DNA of 63,996 nucleotides, the filler included, from Pelomyxa schiedti (lineage: Eukaryota; Protista; Evosea): NCBI GenBank assembly GCA_020536535.1. It is 10 parts of 10 records of this genome, joined end to end, with 100 filler letters (N's around TTAATTAATTAA, not from the genome) between each part and the next. Parts side by side here need not be neighbours in the genome. Positions count along the whole stretch, not along the records: positions 1 to 22,150 come from JAHLWZ010001067.1; 9 more parts are not named here. One strand, given 5' to 3'. How positions within the stretch are numbered: position 1 is the first letter of the stretch; each line of letters begins with the position of its first letter. A model generated the notes under the pieces. The model ran no database searches. It saw only the letters and a list, made by a program, of their open reading frames with translations, and was not told where the DNA came from. Below, piece after piece: positions 1 to 13,665 of this stretch. A program made the translations under genes and the position numbers.

Positions 1-549
1 ATTCTACTGTATGACCCACCTGATTCCAGGCACACAGCAGAACGTGTGAACTCTCATGTGCTGTCTTTCTTGAGCTCATTTTTGTCCTAACAAACAACAC
101 AAACCCATTATCCTCTATATACCGGCAGTCTGGCGTTTTTTTCGGTATCTTACTTTGTTGATCTAAATTTATGGGTTCTTTTTTGTCACGTCTCACAGGC
201 AGCACCTTTCATCCACCATCCCAAAGGGAGTGGAAGCTCAAAAAGACCTGGCGAGTTAAGCCGTGACATCATATCTCGGGACCCCATGGCCACCATCGCT
301 ATTATCGAAACTCGGTGGTCGCACAGACTTGGAATTTGCATGCAATGCTATCGGGTCAGATCGATTGCGGTTGGGTCAGATTGTGTCACAACAGCACTGT
401 GGCAGTAACAACAATGCAACCATTCATCCTCGTCATCAGCGGCAAACCGCCAATTTCCTCATCATCGCTGCGACATCTGCGGAAAGGGGCAGAAAAAACA
501 ACCGCAAAAAAGTGCAACCACGAGTGGGAGAGAAACCAATGGTGTGCTT

Positions 550-575
550 CCCCCCCCCCCCCCCCCCCCCCCCCC
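550..575. repeat. Poly(C)26 homopolymer
   Basis: 26 consecutive C; produces the spurious poly-Pro/poly-Gly ORFs in the track. Confidence 0.95.
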
Positions 576-1937
576 TTGCCTTACATAACTCCCTCTTGGG
601 GAGTGGAACCTATTTCTCTTTCCGAAATGAATGAGAAGTCTCTTCAATCATCCAATCTCAGGCCTATCTCTTACTTGTGGCAACTGATGATTACCATATT
701 CGCGGATTCGTGGCACACTGGTGATGTCCAAAATGGCACACCAACAAGGAATATGCGCATTGTTATGCTGCACCCCAAAAGTTACAGATTACTTCAAAGA
801 GATATTTTCCACCCTTGGTGTAGATATTCGTGGTATATCCAGCTGCAGAGGATGCGTGTGTAAGTTGCTGCCTTTGTGGAGATGGAGGAGGAATGTTTCT
901 GAGCACAGTGCCACCTGATATTGCATTCCAAAGAGCACAGTGTAGCTTCTTTCCCATTCACAGGGTTTGTGCAATAGCCATCAACCAAAGATGTAATGTG
1001 TTTGCACCACATACAAGCTCATTTCACCTTTGGCCAAGAACAAGTATCAGGGATGCATACCTGGGATGTTGTATTGGCTTTCATTTGAGGAGGAGCAAGT
1101 GCTAGACAAACACAAGACAAATTATTATTCTCAAGAGAACGACAGATACTACATCAACCTTTTGGGTATGAGAACACTTAACGGGGCTGCTGACTTCCCC
1201 CTAATATTAAATCAATAAACAACACAACTTTCAGTCACCACTTTGTTGATGGCATCCATGGCACTGTAAGCTTATGGTTTTTCAAAAGGAAAAAAAAAAG
1301 AGCAGATTTCTGATAACCTCCAATCTCTGGAGGGTCAGTGCTTAGCGCACTACTCAAGAGTAGGTTGGTTGTTTGAGACTGTGCAGGTACCCATTGGATA
1401 TTCCAAGCAGTAAGTTACTTATTTCCCAATCTTACTGACCTGACATGAAGCATTCCTGATTCTCCCCCATCCCCTTCAAGCCAAGCCAGTTTGTATGTTG
1501 TGTAAAAAGCTTGTCTTCTAATTTTTATGAAAGTATGGTGGAATGACACCCTGAGCAAGGCAAAGCTTGTGCACAATAGACTACCCTTTCACGGATGATG
1601 TAACTTAACGACTTTATTGCATCTTTAAAACTTGTAGGCTTTTGGTACCTTTCTCCACAAGGCCGGGCAGCTGGTTGTGCGAACCCACCCATCCAGAACA
1701 CGTAAACTCTGGGCTCCACTTACCGAGTGGTGTTTTGACTACGCTGAGCGCTGTTTGTTGTTCAACGGTGCCGGGGCACCGCCGCCCGTTCCGTTCAAGA
1801 GGTTCTTTAAGATGCACACCTCAAACTCGCACGGGAGTCCCCTCCCTGGCCCTACTACACCCCAGCTCTCCTGCCTCCAGGACTGTGACAAGTGTTGAGC
1901 ACCGTTGTTGGCTCAAGAAACCCCTCAATTACAGAAA

Positions 1938-3255
1938 ATGAAGACGGGGGTGATGACTGGGTGTCCCGTGGGGGCGTTCGCGCCGGGAGACGACGAAGGC
2001 GTGGAGTCGGAGGACGAGCCACCAGGAGGAGGCGGCGGCGGGGCGGGGTCGTCGGCACGAAGCGACTCGGCGGCGGGAGGCAAGGCCAGGGCACCAAGTT
2101 GGCTCGGTGGGCACGGCAGCGGCAGGAGAAGGAGGAGAGGCAGCACGACGAGGAGGAGGAAGAGCACGACTAGGACGAGTACTAGTAGTAGTAGTGGTGG
2201 CACTACTAGGAGCGGTGGTTGTGGGGTACAACTGGGAGTGGAAGGTGGTCTCGACGGCGACGTACAGCAGCAAACGCCTTCGTTTTCTTACTGTTGAGTG
2301 GCTTGGCTTTTTTTTGTCTTTTTTATTTATTTAAATTAAAACAAAGGGGATAAGCAATAAATGGGGTTGGATAACATTGTTAGTGTCAGTCACTGACATT
2401 TGTTTTAAGCATCTTATGAGTCTTCTGATGAGGAACTGTTTAGCTCTGACATATATTTTGATGGGGAAACTGTTGCTGAACAAGCGGAGGAGGCTTTGTA
2501 TTCCCTTCACACTAGCAGTACTGGGTGCCCCCGTTCGGTGTTATTGCAGGATGAACACAGGGGGCTACAGAGCCGGGACTTATGTGTACCTAATATATAA
2601 AGAAGCAATTGTCTGCCAAAATATGAACCAAGCCATAATTTTGCAGCAACAGTACAATGACAATGACCCTGACTTGATCCGAGGAGATAGCACGCATTCA
2701 CATGAAGGGAGTGGGGATTGGATCTCAAGTGGAAGTAGCACCCTTTTGATGGGAAATATTGTTGAGTGCGAGTGTGGTGTCTATGATGATTTCGATGTTC
2801 ATTTATCAGAATGCCCAACTGCTGATACTTCTCTTTTGGCTCTTCCACGAATAGGTCAGTGTTTCATCTTGTGGTATTGTAGTTCTCACCAGACTAAAAA
2901 GTTGCAACATCTCAAAATACCTCCTCCAGCACAAATAACACTAGCGGAATGTACACCGTATCCAGACCGCCTCCAAGTGGCATTGTCAATAAAATGACAG
3001 AAGTTCACGGCTCCAACAATGGCAACCATGAGCCACCATTGTGCAGGTATCTATTAACTAATTTCCACCAAAACTGAAAGAAACCTCTAAGGTTGTTTGG
3101 AACGGCATCTGGATGTAAATACGGCAACAAGTGCCGCTTCGCGCACCACTTACCACGAGAGTGATAAAACAACTCCAATCCAGCAACAAACAACTACACA
3201 CCCAACACAGCCATCAATGTCTCTTTTGTTCAAGGAATTTCCCTTTCATTTTTGA
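1938..3255 (+). CDS. Hypothetical spliced protein with low-complexity Gly/Arg/acidic N-terminus
   Basis: ATG 1938 opens GC-rich MKTGVMTG...GDDEGVESEDEPPGGGGG. Downstream exon-like blocks (SYESSDEELFSSDIYFDG; VECECGVYDDFDVHLSECP) are separated by GT..AG segments. No family recognised; the end is uncertain. Confidence 0.35.
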
Positions 3256-3262
3256 ATCACCT

Positions 3263-4092
3263 ATGATGCCTTTTCGTGTTGTTTGCCTCTCGGACACCCA
3301 TAACCACCACCGCGAAATAACAGTCCCTGACGGAGACCTGTTGATTCACGCTGGTTTTTTTTTACTCTTTGGATAGGGAATTCCGAAAATAAAACAACAC
3401 ATAGGAGACTTCACGTGGTTCTCGTCATTACAACACCTGGCTAGTTTCAATACTTGGCTGGGAGCACTTCCACACCCACACAAACTCGTCGTTTCAGGGA
3501 ACCACGAAAAACCAATTCACGTGAATAGCTCCTCCCAAAATACAGTCCATTGAACATTCCTTCACTCTTTGACAAGTATCTTCCAGACTCAGCTGCAGAG
3601 TCAATTGAGCCAAGCAACATTGCTGTGTGATACGTCAGCCACTCTCCGTGATACTTCTGTTGGTGATGTTGTAGTCACGGGCCTGTCATACTTTGAGCCA
3701 AGTGATGACTATCAAGGGCTTTCCAAGCTCACGTGTATCAAGCCCCAAACCGATATTCTCATCAGCCATGTGCCACCCAGAGGTAAGCATCAATTTTAGA
3801 ATTGTTGCTTATATTCTAATTGCCGAATTCAGGCCCTTTTTCGGACTGTGGCTCAGGGCCTCTCACAATGAAGATAGAGAGGCACAGTAGGCTGGCATTG
3901 CATGTTTTTGGCCACGAGCACAACAGAAGGGGGGTTTCAATAATGACCACCGATCCAGATTATGGGCCAGTTAATGAGGTCCTTGTGGTGAATGCTGCAA
4001 TGTGTTATCCATCATATGCACCCAGAAAGGAAACCCCTTTTGTATGTAGAAGATTCCGTGCTATAAACTCTGAGGGAGGCATACTGACATGA
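3263..4092 (+). CDS. Calcineurin-like metallophosphoesterase (MPPED1/2-like)
   Basis: Spliced motifs in canonical order: VCLSDTH, LLIHAG/DFT, VVSGNHE, DILISHVPP, HVFGHEH, VVNAAM. Confidence 0.9.
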
Positions 4093-4279
4093 AAACAAAC
4101 CTTCAGGTTGTGGACCTCACAAGACAACCAAATGGGAGATTGTTGGCTAAAAACGTAGAAACGGGTTTGTAGCAATGCAGGGAAAAAAGTTTTATTGAGT
4201 ACACGAGGAAGTGGGAATAACACTGTACAGTCCCACCCCATTTAAAAAAGAAACAAAAAGAAAAACAAACAAATCTCCC

Positions 4280-5840
4280 TCAGTGCCCCCCAAGATGAGA
4301 AGCAAGCTCAATGAACTCTCGAACTTCCGGCAATTGCAGGAATGTGTTGTCTAACACCAATTCCTTCATGTAGAGTTCTAGTTGCTCTCTCCGCTCTTTG
4401 ATGACAGAGGGAGAATTCTTTCCCGTAAGCTTTTTGTTTGGCAGATGTAACCGTCTCAGCTGGCTTTCATTAATGTCTTTGGATTTCTTGATCTAAAAAA
4501 AGAAGTCAATTTTTACATAAAATACAGCTTTTTTTCCTCTACAAACCTTTACATGCAAGGAGTAGAATGCATTGTACCGGCGTTGTATGTTCCAGGTAGT
4601 AACACCAAACTGTAGGCAAACGACGTACTCAACATGATCCTCCACCTTGACTGTCTCAATGATTTTCACTGAGCGAATAGAGTAGGACAATGCATCTAGT
4701 AGTGTAGGACTTGCTGGAAAGTTCGTGGGAACAGTATCAGGTGGCGAGGGGGGTGATGGAGAGGGAGGTGACATGCTAGGGGAGCGAGGAGAATAGTTCT
4801 CTTTCCACTTGGTGGAAGGCATGACCATCACCGGGGGTGTGACTGGCGGAGCCCCTGGCTCATTGGTCTTTGGAGATAATGGTTGAGAAGACTTGGACAT
4901 GGGCTGTGGTGCTAATGAGGGAGAGGTAGGATTATCTCTTGATGGCTGAGCAAGTGCTTCGGCGAGGGCACTCGAGCTTTGCTGAGGTGTTTGTTGTGCA
5001 TTAGCCGCTTGGTTATGGCGCATCAGAGAGAGGGTGAGTTGGGAGCAAGGAGTGGAATTTGGTGGAACTAAGGGTGCTGAATGTGGGGAGTGAGGAGACA
5101 AAGGTGAGTGCGAATAGTGTGGGTAGTGCTGGGTCAAACAAAAATCTATGAACTGTTAGGAAGTCCCTCATTTTGGAGATGTTACCAGAAGGTGAGGATC
5201 CCAGTTCTGGATGGACCTAATAAAATATAAGAACCATAGATAAAATAATTCTTACCCCTGGTATGGAACTTGCAAGAAGAGCAAGGTCCTCAGTGGCCTC
5301 CGATCTTCGCAAACAATGAACCTGTAAAACCATTAAAGGTAAAAACATCCAGAAAGTTAGTACTGGGTGTCCATCCATTGTCTGTTGGTTCTCTAAAAAA
5401 CTAAGCAAAGTTAATCACGCACCATGATATATTCTAGATATTAATTCAGGGGAAAAAACCTGTCAGCTTGGCTTACTCCACCACAAAAATCAATAGCATC
5501 ACTTAGCACTGACTCTGAGCACTGAGGAAATTTGGTCATCAAAAATTGAATGTCCCTGTAGATCATATAAGTATGTGAGAAAGTTATGCCAGAGAAGTAA
5601 AAAAATAACGGTCAAATTTTGTATAAAAAATTTTTTGTAATTGTCTCAAACGAGAATTATCCCATTCCCTTGACAGTTATATTCCGATATGAAAATAAAG
5701 TGGAAGAAGCATACATTCGAGTGGTTGTAGGAGCTGGTTAACACCGAAAAAGAAAAATGTTAGTTAGGGCAAGTTAAATCGGTTGGAAACAAACTGTCTG
5801 GTACAATTTGCCTGTTAAGAGGCGGCGTTGTGTGATCCAT
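4280..5840 (-). CDS. PX (phox homology) domain protein with Ser/Pro-rich linker
   Basis: C-terminal HVEYVV...WNIQRRYNAFYSLH / LPNKKL...IKERREQLELYMKEL...EVREFI is a PX fold; stop TGA at 4280-4282. Start ATG 5840 (MDHTTPP) is tentative. Confidence 0.8.
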
Positions 5841-6427
5841 ACGGTTTTTTTTCTTAATTTTTGTTTGTTCTGTTCGGTTTTCTTGTCGTTTTATTAATCA
5901 ACGCTTCGTGGTATTACATTAAATGCTGACATCTGTTAGCCCTGCCCAACCCACACCGGAACTTAGGCATTGGAATCTCGAAACTTACACACGGGTGTTT
6001 AACTAGTTTGTGCCAATCACTTCGGCAAGTTGTTGGGATCTCGACTGAACACAAAAAGCCCAAATGAAACCACCGGAGCAAGTTGGGACCGGCACAAGTT
6101 GCGTTGGAAATATCCAGTACGCAGAAGGTGCAGTACTTGGTACCAGAAACTTGCTGAAGAAAATCGTAAGCTCACTGTAACTTCAACTTTTTTTCCCCCT
6201 CCTCTTTCTTTGCAGTCCATTCCGGGGCCCCGGAGATTTGAAGCTCAGTTTTTTACTTGATTTCCTGGAAGTCGTGCATCTCCCACATTTCGTTTCGTCA
6301 AAAAGAACGTTCGTTTTCCTTTTGGGTTTTCTCTTTGCCAACCGGGTGATCACATCTTTCCATACAAGAAAAAAAAACAAACAAAACTACAAAACATTTA
6401 AAACAGAACAACAAAACTGACCACGAC

Positions 6428-7156
6428 ATGGAGTGCGGTAGTGCCGAGATCCACGCAGACACACACAGATCCCACAGAGAACAAAAACAAAGGAGACACT
6501 CAGTCGCCACTGCGCTTACTTTGCTGCTCAATAGTCTTATCCGCTGGAACAACAATCGTAAAACCAAGGTGCCCACTATTACTAGTGACGCTTGTTTTCG
6601 TGGGACTACCGGGAGCCCTCCCGCCATCCAGTTGGAAGACTACATTGAAAGGTTACTTCGAATATCTTTTTTTTATATACCCGGTACTGAAATTACTTCA
6701 GAATCGAGAAACACTCGGGTTGCTCTGAAGCGGTACTAATTGCTGCACTCGTCTATATCGACAGGTTGATAGTAGCCCGCGTTCTGACTCTCACCGAAAT
6801 GAATGTGCACAGGGTCCTTTGGTCCTGGTGAGTATTCAATTGATAATACAACATGTTTCTTACTCACAAACAGTATCGTCGTAGCTCACAAGTTCTTTGA
6901 AGACGAGTACTTCACCAATAAGTACTACAGTGCAGTTGGCGGCATACCAGTCCCGGAAATGAACCTCTTGGAGCGTAATGTTTTGACGCTGCTTCACCAT
7001 GAACTCTTCGTTTCTGAAGAGACCTTCGCTCAGTACTCCACTGTGTTGCAGTCATCCATTGGTATCCCTCTTACTTTCATGATGTGATTTAACATTTGCT
7101 TCAATGCAGTCTACTGCCAGGATGTATCTGGCCCAGAGAAGGAAGACCGCAATTGA
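6428..7156 (+). CDS. PHO80/cyclin-U(P)-like cyclin
   Basis: PPAIQLEDYIER / GCSEAVLIAALVYIDRL / NVHR / VAHKFFEDEYFTNKYYSAVGGIPVPEMNLLE, the signature of the Pho80 family; three introns. Confidence 0.9.
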
Positions 7157-7474
7157 ACGATAAGCATTTCTCCTTCCCTACAATAAAGCTGTAAGCGGCG
7201 CCAAGCTTGTAGCTGCAGGCTCCGATTTTGATTGGCAGTTTTGACTTTCACCTGTTGTGGGCTGTAGAAATAAACAGTAAAACAATATAGCTATTATTTA
7301 TTCCATTCCCTCTTGTTCCGTACTTTCATGTTCGGGCCAAGTTGCGATTTCAGGCAGACGCCGTTCTTTGAAATTTCTTTTTCCCGCTTTCAGATTCGAA
7401 AGAAAAGAAAAAACTGCTGGAGTTGCAACAAAGTTTCATAAAATAAAATAAAACACAAGAGTTAGACACACAAC

Positions 7475-8199
7475 ATGCAAGCGATCAAGTGCGTCGTCGT
7501 AGGCGATGGTGCCGTTGGCAAGACTTGCCTTTTGATCAGTTATACAACTAACGCGTTCCCAACGGAGTACATTCCGGTGAGTTTTTGTTTTGTTTTTTTG
7601 TTTGTGTTCTGGTGGCGACGTTTGCTTACCAACGTATTTATGTGCAGACCGTTTTCGACAATTACAGCGCCAATGTTATGGTCGATGGCAAACCCGTCAA
7701 CCTTGGCTTGTGGGATACTGCCGGCCAGGAAGATTACGATAGATTGGTACGTACCTCTTTTTATCAACTGTAAAATATCACTTTTTTTGTTGTACATAAT
7801 CTTACTCCATAACCCCAGAGGCCCCTGAGCTACCCCCAAACTGATGTATTCCTTGTCGCATTCTCAGTCATCAGCCCACCTTCGTACGAGAACGTGAGCA
7901 GCAAGTGGTACCCTGAGATTTCCCATCATTGCCCCAAGACCCCATGCCTCTTGGTCGGAACCAAGACCGACTTGAGGGACGACCGCGAGGCCCGCGAGCG
8001 AGCAAAGATCAAGGCCACTCCCATAACTTACGAGCAGGGGCTGGCTAAGGCCAAGGAGATCAACGCCGTCAAGTACATGGAGTGCAGCGCCCTGACTCAG
8101 AAGGGACTCAAGGAAGTCTTTGACGAAGCCATCAGGTGCGTCATTGCTCCCCCCGTCAAGGCCGCCGCCAAGAAGAAGGGTGGTTGCAATCTCTTATAA
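7475..8199 (+). CDS. rac1: Rho-family GTPase Rac1-like
   Basis: [65 protein letters not shown], polybasic KKKGGCNLL CaaX; two introns. Confidence 0.97.
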
Positions 8200-8267
8200 A
8201 ATATGACTTTCTTCGAAATCGGAAGTCTTTAGTCAGAACTTCTTTTTCAGATATTGAGAAAAAAAGG

Positions 8268-9043
8268 ATGCAAGGAGACAACACTACCACGACTACGACA
8301 ATCGAAGAATTGAGGGAGTTGGTACAGAGCAAGGTAGTCTGATTGTTATTCATTCCCCCTTATGCGTTTGTGTCAGTTGGCGAGCATGGCGGTGCCGGAG
8401 TATTCTTTGAGGGGGAATGCTGGGTGTAGATATCTGAACTCGAGCGCCGTTTCGCTTATGTCACTTCACAAATTCCTCGCAGCAGAAACAAGTTCGAGCA
8501 AAAAGATGTTGTACGAAATGGGTGAAATGCAGTTGGAGAGAGATAAGGAAGCTCGCCGCATTGAAAGGGAAAGGGAGAGAGAAGACAGGCAAATTGCCAG
8601 AGAAAGGGAGAGAGAAGCAAGGCAAATTGCTAGAGAAAAGGAGAGGGATACAGAACAACAAGAAAGGATTATTGGTATCATGGTCCACCGTTGTAGCTGT
8701 TAACTGACTGTTGGGGGGTTAACAAGTTATCAGGACACTTAGGCAACGCCAATCAAGACCAAGCAGCACCCTTGTTACAGCAAATGGAACCAATTTCAAC
8801 TTTTCATGGAGCACCAATGGCGAATGTTGTCAAGGAAGCTCTTTCGACACACACTCTTCCTGTGTGAGGCACCGAGATATTGACCAATTTAACGCTATTC
8901 AGGCATCAGACGCTTACATAGGCCAGCTGGACTTTGCGCTCTCCCAGCATACAGTTCATCTGACAAAGAAATATGCAATCATGGGAATACTCATTACAGT
9001 AGCCTCAATGATTCTGGGCATTGCTTTGAGCAAGAAGTGGTAA
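8268..9043 (+). CDS. Hypothetical coiled-coil protein with C-terminal transmembrane anchor
   Basis: Repeated ERERE..RQIA helix. Last exon reads KKYAIMGILITVASMILGIALSKKW* (tail-anchor pattern). Confidence 0.55.
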
Positions 9044-9238
9044 ACCAGCAGTGGGGCTCCAGACTTTGTGGAACACTTGGAATTACTACCATAGTGGGCG
9101 CGTGCATGAAGTGGCCACTGGGAAGCCAGGTGGCCTTTCAGCAATCCTCAGAGAAAAAAAACTTGTGAATAGGCATTCAAACATTGAACTTCCATGTCAT
9201 TTGAGTTCATTTTTTCGGCTTTTTCGGCGAACTCTTTG

Positions 9239-12131
9239 ATGGACACGGCTGCCGCTAGCCTCGTGCCGGCGGCGCGAAACGCGAAATGCAGACACCAATC
9301 CCCGGCTGCAAGTGGCAATGCACAGGGTGGGCGACAGGGATCTCCGCACCAAACAGGGCAACTTAATGAGGTGGTAGTGGTGAGGGACGGCAGCAACGGC
9401 GGTGGTGGCGTAGGTGCGATCTCGAAAGACGATACCAACAGTAACGGCAAAGTCAAAACCAGGAGGAAAAAGGGAAGTCCTCCGCAGCAGACACGGCGCC
9501 TACCCACTCGCGAAATGGACGAGGTTTTTTTTTTCGGTTTTTCAAAGCGTTTTTTGAGTTTAACCTTTTGTTTGTGTGTAGATAGATATGTCCGCGGAAT
9601 GTGCTGAATTATGTGACTGCGATCCGATGTGCAGACTCGTATCTGTCATCACTTTGCCCATTGCTGGTCAGATGCTTTACGGTATGCTTCTCAGTTTGAT
9701 CTCTATCAAATTCTGACCGTGATAAGTGTCCTCACTTATTGGTGGAAACGCTGGTGACCCGGTGAGGTTTATCCCTTTTATACCTTGGATTGCTTTTGTT
9801 TTGATTTACCAAATACTTGTAGGAAGAATGGTTGCAATCGAATCTACCGTTGTTAATCATTCTGGTCTTTTTCTCTTCCGTTCTCTTCACAGCTGCAATC
9901 ATTTTTGCATCATGGGAGAAGAATATATCTCGATGTTGCGGGATGTTGGGTTGGTGTGCCTTTTGCATGACTTCAGTACTCTTTTGGACAAATCACGACT
10001 CCACTGTGGAAGTTTGTTTCAATTTTAACTATTTGGAATATAATTGCTTTAAAGAGACATGGGGCCTACAATCTACTCGGATTTTGTTGCTTTCTTGCTC
10101 CACAATTGCTTTTTGTAGTATGCATTAGAACATGCATCACACAGTCATGCCAACTGCGGTTTGACCCTCTATTTCTCTGGTAACAAAAGATAAGAAACAT
10201 AACATACAATTTTTAAGATGCAAATGGCCCTCTCTTCTTATAATTCTGATAGCTGGTTTTTGGATGCTCCTAGCCATGGGAAGAAGTAATGATCATTGGA
10301 CCGATGGCCTATTTGGCAAAAAGCTTGAACTCATTCATGAGGTTAACATATTTCAATTATATTTAGGGAGTGGAGGGTCTGTAATTGCAGTCAAGAAACT
10401 AATTCCTTTCTTGTTCAACGGAACTACAGGGGTGCACAATTCACCAACCATCTATTTCCTGGTGTGTAAGACGACTGGCATTGATTATTATATTAACACC
10501 TCAATTTAAATAGGGACCAACTATACGAAGTTAGTTACTCCTTCTCCCGTCACATTCTTTTTAAGAAGGGAAATTAAATGCAGTCCAACAGGATACAGTA
10601 ACCAAGGCGTACTCTGTGTGGGCTTGGCGCCCTTGCCCTTTGAACAAAAATTTCAGTTTTCTTGATGCCCGATCTGGCACAGTTACTATCAACTGCCCGG
10701 ATGCCAATGCACAGTATGAAACTCTTCCTGATCTCCAAGGCCAGTTGGGACTCTATATGGTTCGTTATGTGCAAGATAAGACTACTGTCACAAACTACAC
10801 TGCCCCTTTTGTGATGCCAACCGAAGCAGTTGTGGCGATTTGTGGATCACATAGACAATTGCACATTACTGTTCAGCCTAAACAGTCTGCAATCGACAGA
10901 GTCCATGCATGGCGGAACCATTCATACAACACAAGTATCCCTTTCTCTTCTGTATCCGCTGTGTCTGGTGATGTGCAAGGGAACGTCTCTTATTTGGAAC
11001 CAATTAAATATCCACCAGCACCCAATATTGTATTCATTTTCCTTGATGCAATATCACGTGCTGGATGGCATCGAAAATTCCCTGAAACCCTGTCGGTGCT
11101 GCAGGATTTGCATACCAGAAATGAAGATTTAGAGGTGTTTCAATTCCTTCGATACCATGCTGTTGGGCATACCACAAGAAAGAATGCCAGAGCGATGTTC
11201 ACTGGGGAATCTGATGCAAATCGTCATAAAACTTTGTGGGAACTGATTGAGCACAAATATGTCACTGGTATTGTAGATAATACATGCACTGAGTGGTCAG
11301 CAAAGTATGCGTAACCGTTTACTCTTAGTGACTCAGACTTCTAGATATCTCTATGACCGCTCAGCTATTGCGGACCATCGGCTCAATTCGCCGTGGTGTT
11401 TGCCGGAGTATGTTGGTACTGGCAGAACAGAGAACTTTGATCTTCTGAGAGGGCCTTGGAGCCTCCAACGCCGTTGCATTACTGGGATATTTGTTCATGA
11501 CTGGGTTCTTCAGTACGCCCAGCTCTTTCTGAAAAGTTATCAAGATCAACCAAAATTCCTCTTGGTGAAGGTAAACGTAACCAATTCTTACCGGTATTCA
11601 TGACATCATCAGTTCACAGAAGGCCACGAACCATCAGGTTCAGTACTGGGAATGCTTGACAATTCTATTGCTGCATTTGTACGATCACTCGACTTGAATG
11701 AGACGGCTGTTTTCCTGGTGTCTGACCACGGTCTACACATGGGGCCACTGTGGTCAATGAATGCAGCTAGCACAAGGCTGGAAAACAAACTTCCTGGCTG
11801 GTTTATGATACTGCCAAAGTGGTGGACAACGGCACGTAACGCATCCTCCACTCTAAGGTATGTTCACACTGTAGTAAAAGCTTGTTCCTCACCGAACTCA
11901 GGGGAAATGAGCAGAGTTTAGTTACTCCCTACAGTTTGTTTCCTACTAGGATTGCTTTCCTCCTTCTTACATTACCATGTAGATATTTACGCCACTGTGT
12001 TGGATGTTGCTAGTGAACACGTAGACCCTCATTTTGGGAAACATGTTGACAGTGCATTCAGACCCATTCCCTTTAGAAATTGTACCGAAGCCAGAATACC
12101 GCAAAAATTCTGCAAGTGCAAAAATTTTTGA
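9239..12131 (+). CDS. Multi-pass membrane protein with C-terminal DUF229-like / alkaline phosphatase-sulfatase superfamily domain
   Basis: N-terminal hydrophobic exons, then NIVFIFLDAISR, VFQFLRYHAVGHTTRKNARAMFTG, EGHE, VFLVSDHGLHMG, RLENKLP, LVTP-Y/DIYATVLD and terminal RNCTEARIPQKFCKC. Confidence 0.8.
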
Positions 12132-12145
12132 GTTTATTTCATTCT

Positions 12146-13665
12146 CTATACTTTATTTGTTTTTATCAACACTGTCTTGTTGTAGAACTCCTGTTTTGGT
12201 TTAGTAGGGCCTCACAGGCACATAAAAAAAGTATGAACAAACATACATCACTGTGCCAGTCTTTCTCTGCAGTAATGATAATTTGAGGAACCTGCAGATA
12301 CACGTCCAGCATTCTGCATGATGCCTCTGGTGGTTTACCTCAGTTACTGTGTTATTGACCAGGGGGACAACCTTCTAGCTCGGCAGTGGTTAGGCCAAAT
12401 GCCTCCCACCAGTGCCCAGTCGCGAAAGCGGGTAGGCTGTAGTTGCTAAGTAGAGCGGCAACATTGAGAGCAGCTGCGGCAAGAACGTGAGGTGCATGTT
12501 TGGTCATAAGGGGGAAGTACAGGCTATGAGTTGTGCTGTTAGTGTTGAACACATATTTGTGGAATACCAGTCGTTGACAATGTTCCACGATAGCTGAGCA
12601 AGTGGTGCATCCAGTGAAACTGTTTTTGTTTGAGACATGGAATATAAAGAGTATGGGTTCACACATGTCACAGCTTTCACAAACTGAAGAAGGTATTTAT
12701 AGGGCTGTTCAACAGAGAGGTCAAATGAGAGTGTTCGCAAAACTTCTTGCTCGGTCTTGATTAGGAGTTCCTTAAGCTCTGTATACTCCTGATGGGGGTG
12801 TGTTCCCCACAAATATATTCACACCATGAGTCAGCCTGGTTGTTATACAACGATATGATGGGAACAAAGGGAGTTTTATTAAATTTAGGATGTTTGGTTT
12901 TTTTTTTTTTGGAATGAAGTCAGGCCACAGACAAAAAAAACAAAAAAACCAAATACAACAAAGTGAAAAGCACCTTTCCTATTTGTAGGATTTGATCGTT
13001 AAGAAGAGCATAAGACACGTTGAGTACATCACGCAACTTTCGGGGAGTCTCCTCAGCTTTTCCAGCAATATAAATACACGCTGCAGCAACTAGCTGAACA
13101 TTTCACAATTTGTCAGGTAGAATATAAATGATTCCAAGGGAACACACAAATCTATCATATGTTCCAACAGCATGCCTCTCAAAAAACCCATGGAAGAAGT
13201 ACAATGAAGTTGCTGTAGTATGCTGTTGTCTGCAGGAATTGTAAATACATATGCAAAAAGTAGAGGAGAGGGAAAAAAAAAAAAAAAGAAGAAGCAAAAA
13301 AAGGAAACCCACAATTGCAGCAAAGAGGCGACGTGTTTGATGAAAAAGGCGGTGGTGACTCTGCTCCTGTCCTCCACCTCCCTCGTTACTCGTCCTCCAC
13401 CTTCGCCCTCCTCGCACTCGCACGACGGCGAGGCCGCGCCCCCGCCCCGCCCCCGAGCCGCGCCCGTTGTCGTACTGGGCGCCGTGGTGTTGGACGCAGG
13501 GGCGACCGAAGGCACGACGACGGACACTGGGGCCAGGAAAAACCCCCCAGTGCCCCCTGCCAGGCTGTACTTGGTCGTGTGCTGCTGGACACTCCTATTC
13601 TTGCTCGTGGTGTCCGACGGCGGGTGGGTAGGCGCCGGTGCCGTGGGCCCGCGATCTGTGTTCAT
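12146..13665 (-). CDS. Transcriptional-type cyclin (cyclin K/T/L/M group)
   Basis: TATSLYFFHGFF / LVAAACIYIAGKAEETPRKLRDVLN / EQEVLRTLSFDLSVEQPYKYL / AQLSWNIVND / WWEAFG. Confidence 0.88.

Noticed and set aside
1-1218. Coding region or transposase at the window start
   Set aside because: Exon-like pieces in conflicting frames with no recognisable motif; cannot be supported.
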